This document shows, piece by piece, positions 63,390-64,000 of a DNA stretch of 64,000 nucleotides (its first letter is position 1; every line of letters begins with the position of its first letter). The notes under the pieces are model-generated. The model did not search any database. It saw only the letters and a program-made list of their open reading frames with translations, and was not told where the DNA came from. The DNA is from Nymphaea colorata (Eukaryota): positions 15,252,001 through 15,316,000 of the forward strand of contig NC_045138.2 of NCBI RefSeq assembly GCF_008831285.2, given 5' to 3'. The position numbers and the translations under genes were made by a program.

Positions 63390-64000
63390 GTAGCTGTAGC
63401 CCTTTCCCATGCTGCAATATTGGAAGAATCAATGCGTGCAAGGGATCAGCTCATGGAGCAAAATGTTGCACTAGATTTGGCACGCAGGGAAGCAGAAATG
63501 GCAATCCGTGCTAGAAATGACTTTTTGGCTGTTATGAACCATGGAATGCGGACACCTATGCATGCAATGCAATTGTTGCTTTGTCTTCTCTACTTCTTGA
63601 AACTGAACTAACTCCTGAACAGCGTCTAATGGTGGAGACCATCCTCAAGAGTAGCAATCTTTTAGCTACACTTATAAATGATGTTTTGGATCTTTCAAGA
63701 CTTGAAGATGGAAGTCTTGAACTTGAGATTGCAACTTTCAATCTTCATTCTGTTTTCAGAGAGGTGCTTTATTTGTTCATAATTATGTAATCAGTGTTTT
63801 TTTGTTTATGATTAGACCTGAATCTCTTGTCTAGACAAGCATCAGGAAAAGCATAAATGCTTTGTTTTCTGATGGAGGTTGTTAATCTGATAAGGCCCAT
63901 CGCTTCTGTGAAGAAGCTCTCAGTTTCACTGAGTTTGGCTTCAGATTTACTGTTGGTGATGAAAAACGCCTTATGCAGATTCTTCTTAATGTTATTGGTA
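63390..64000 (+). pseudogene. ETR1: Ethylene receptor (ETR1/ERS1 subfamily) His-kinase exons, frameshifted and 5'-truncated; runs off the window
   Basis: Exon 63390-63763 (cag| ... |gt) encodes [19 protein letters not shown]...[17 protein letters not shown], then frameshifts into [38 protein letters not shown]. The next exon from 63878 encodes VVNLIRPIASVKKL...SDL, frameshifts, then VGDEKRLMQILLNVIG. Confidence 0.88.

Overview
This is flowering-plant nuclear DNA (AT-rich intergenic DNA, (AT)n/(CT)n microsatellites, MITEs). It is dominated by a tandem cluster of intronless NDR1/HIN1-like (NHL, LEA_2-domain) genes. There are ten apparently intact ORFs in four sequence groups: two Pro-rich/At3g52460-type, four NHL1/NHL12-type, two NHL10/YLS9-type on +, and two diverged NHL10-derived copies on -. 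There is also one 5'-deleted NHL pseudogene. The most unusual element is at 42503-42997. It keeps an NHL10-type promoter, UTRs, start context and last codons, but its LEA_2 coding body is replaced by five 33-bp (11-aa) repeats plus a 27-bp inverted repeat. Other features: a 4.5-kb array of eleven ~411-bp units, each with an LTR-end/tRNA-iMet PBS/PPT-like junction (TRIM-like); a decayed L1 LINE nested in an hAT-type non-autonomous element; several MITEs with clear target-site duplications; a perfect 34-bp inverted repeat; and a 5'-truncated, frameshifted ETR1-type ethylene receptor fragment at the right edge. All alignments were made by eye, so repeat boundaries are approximate.
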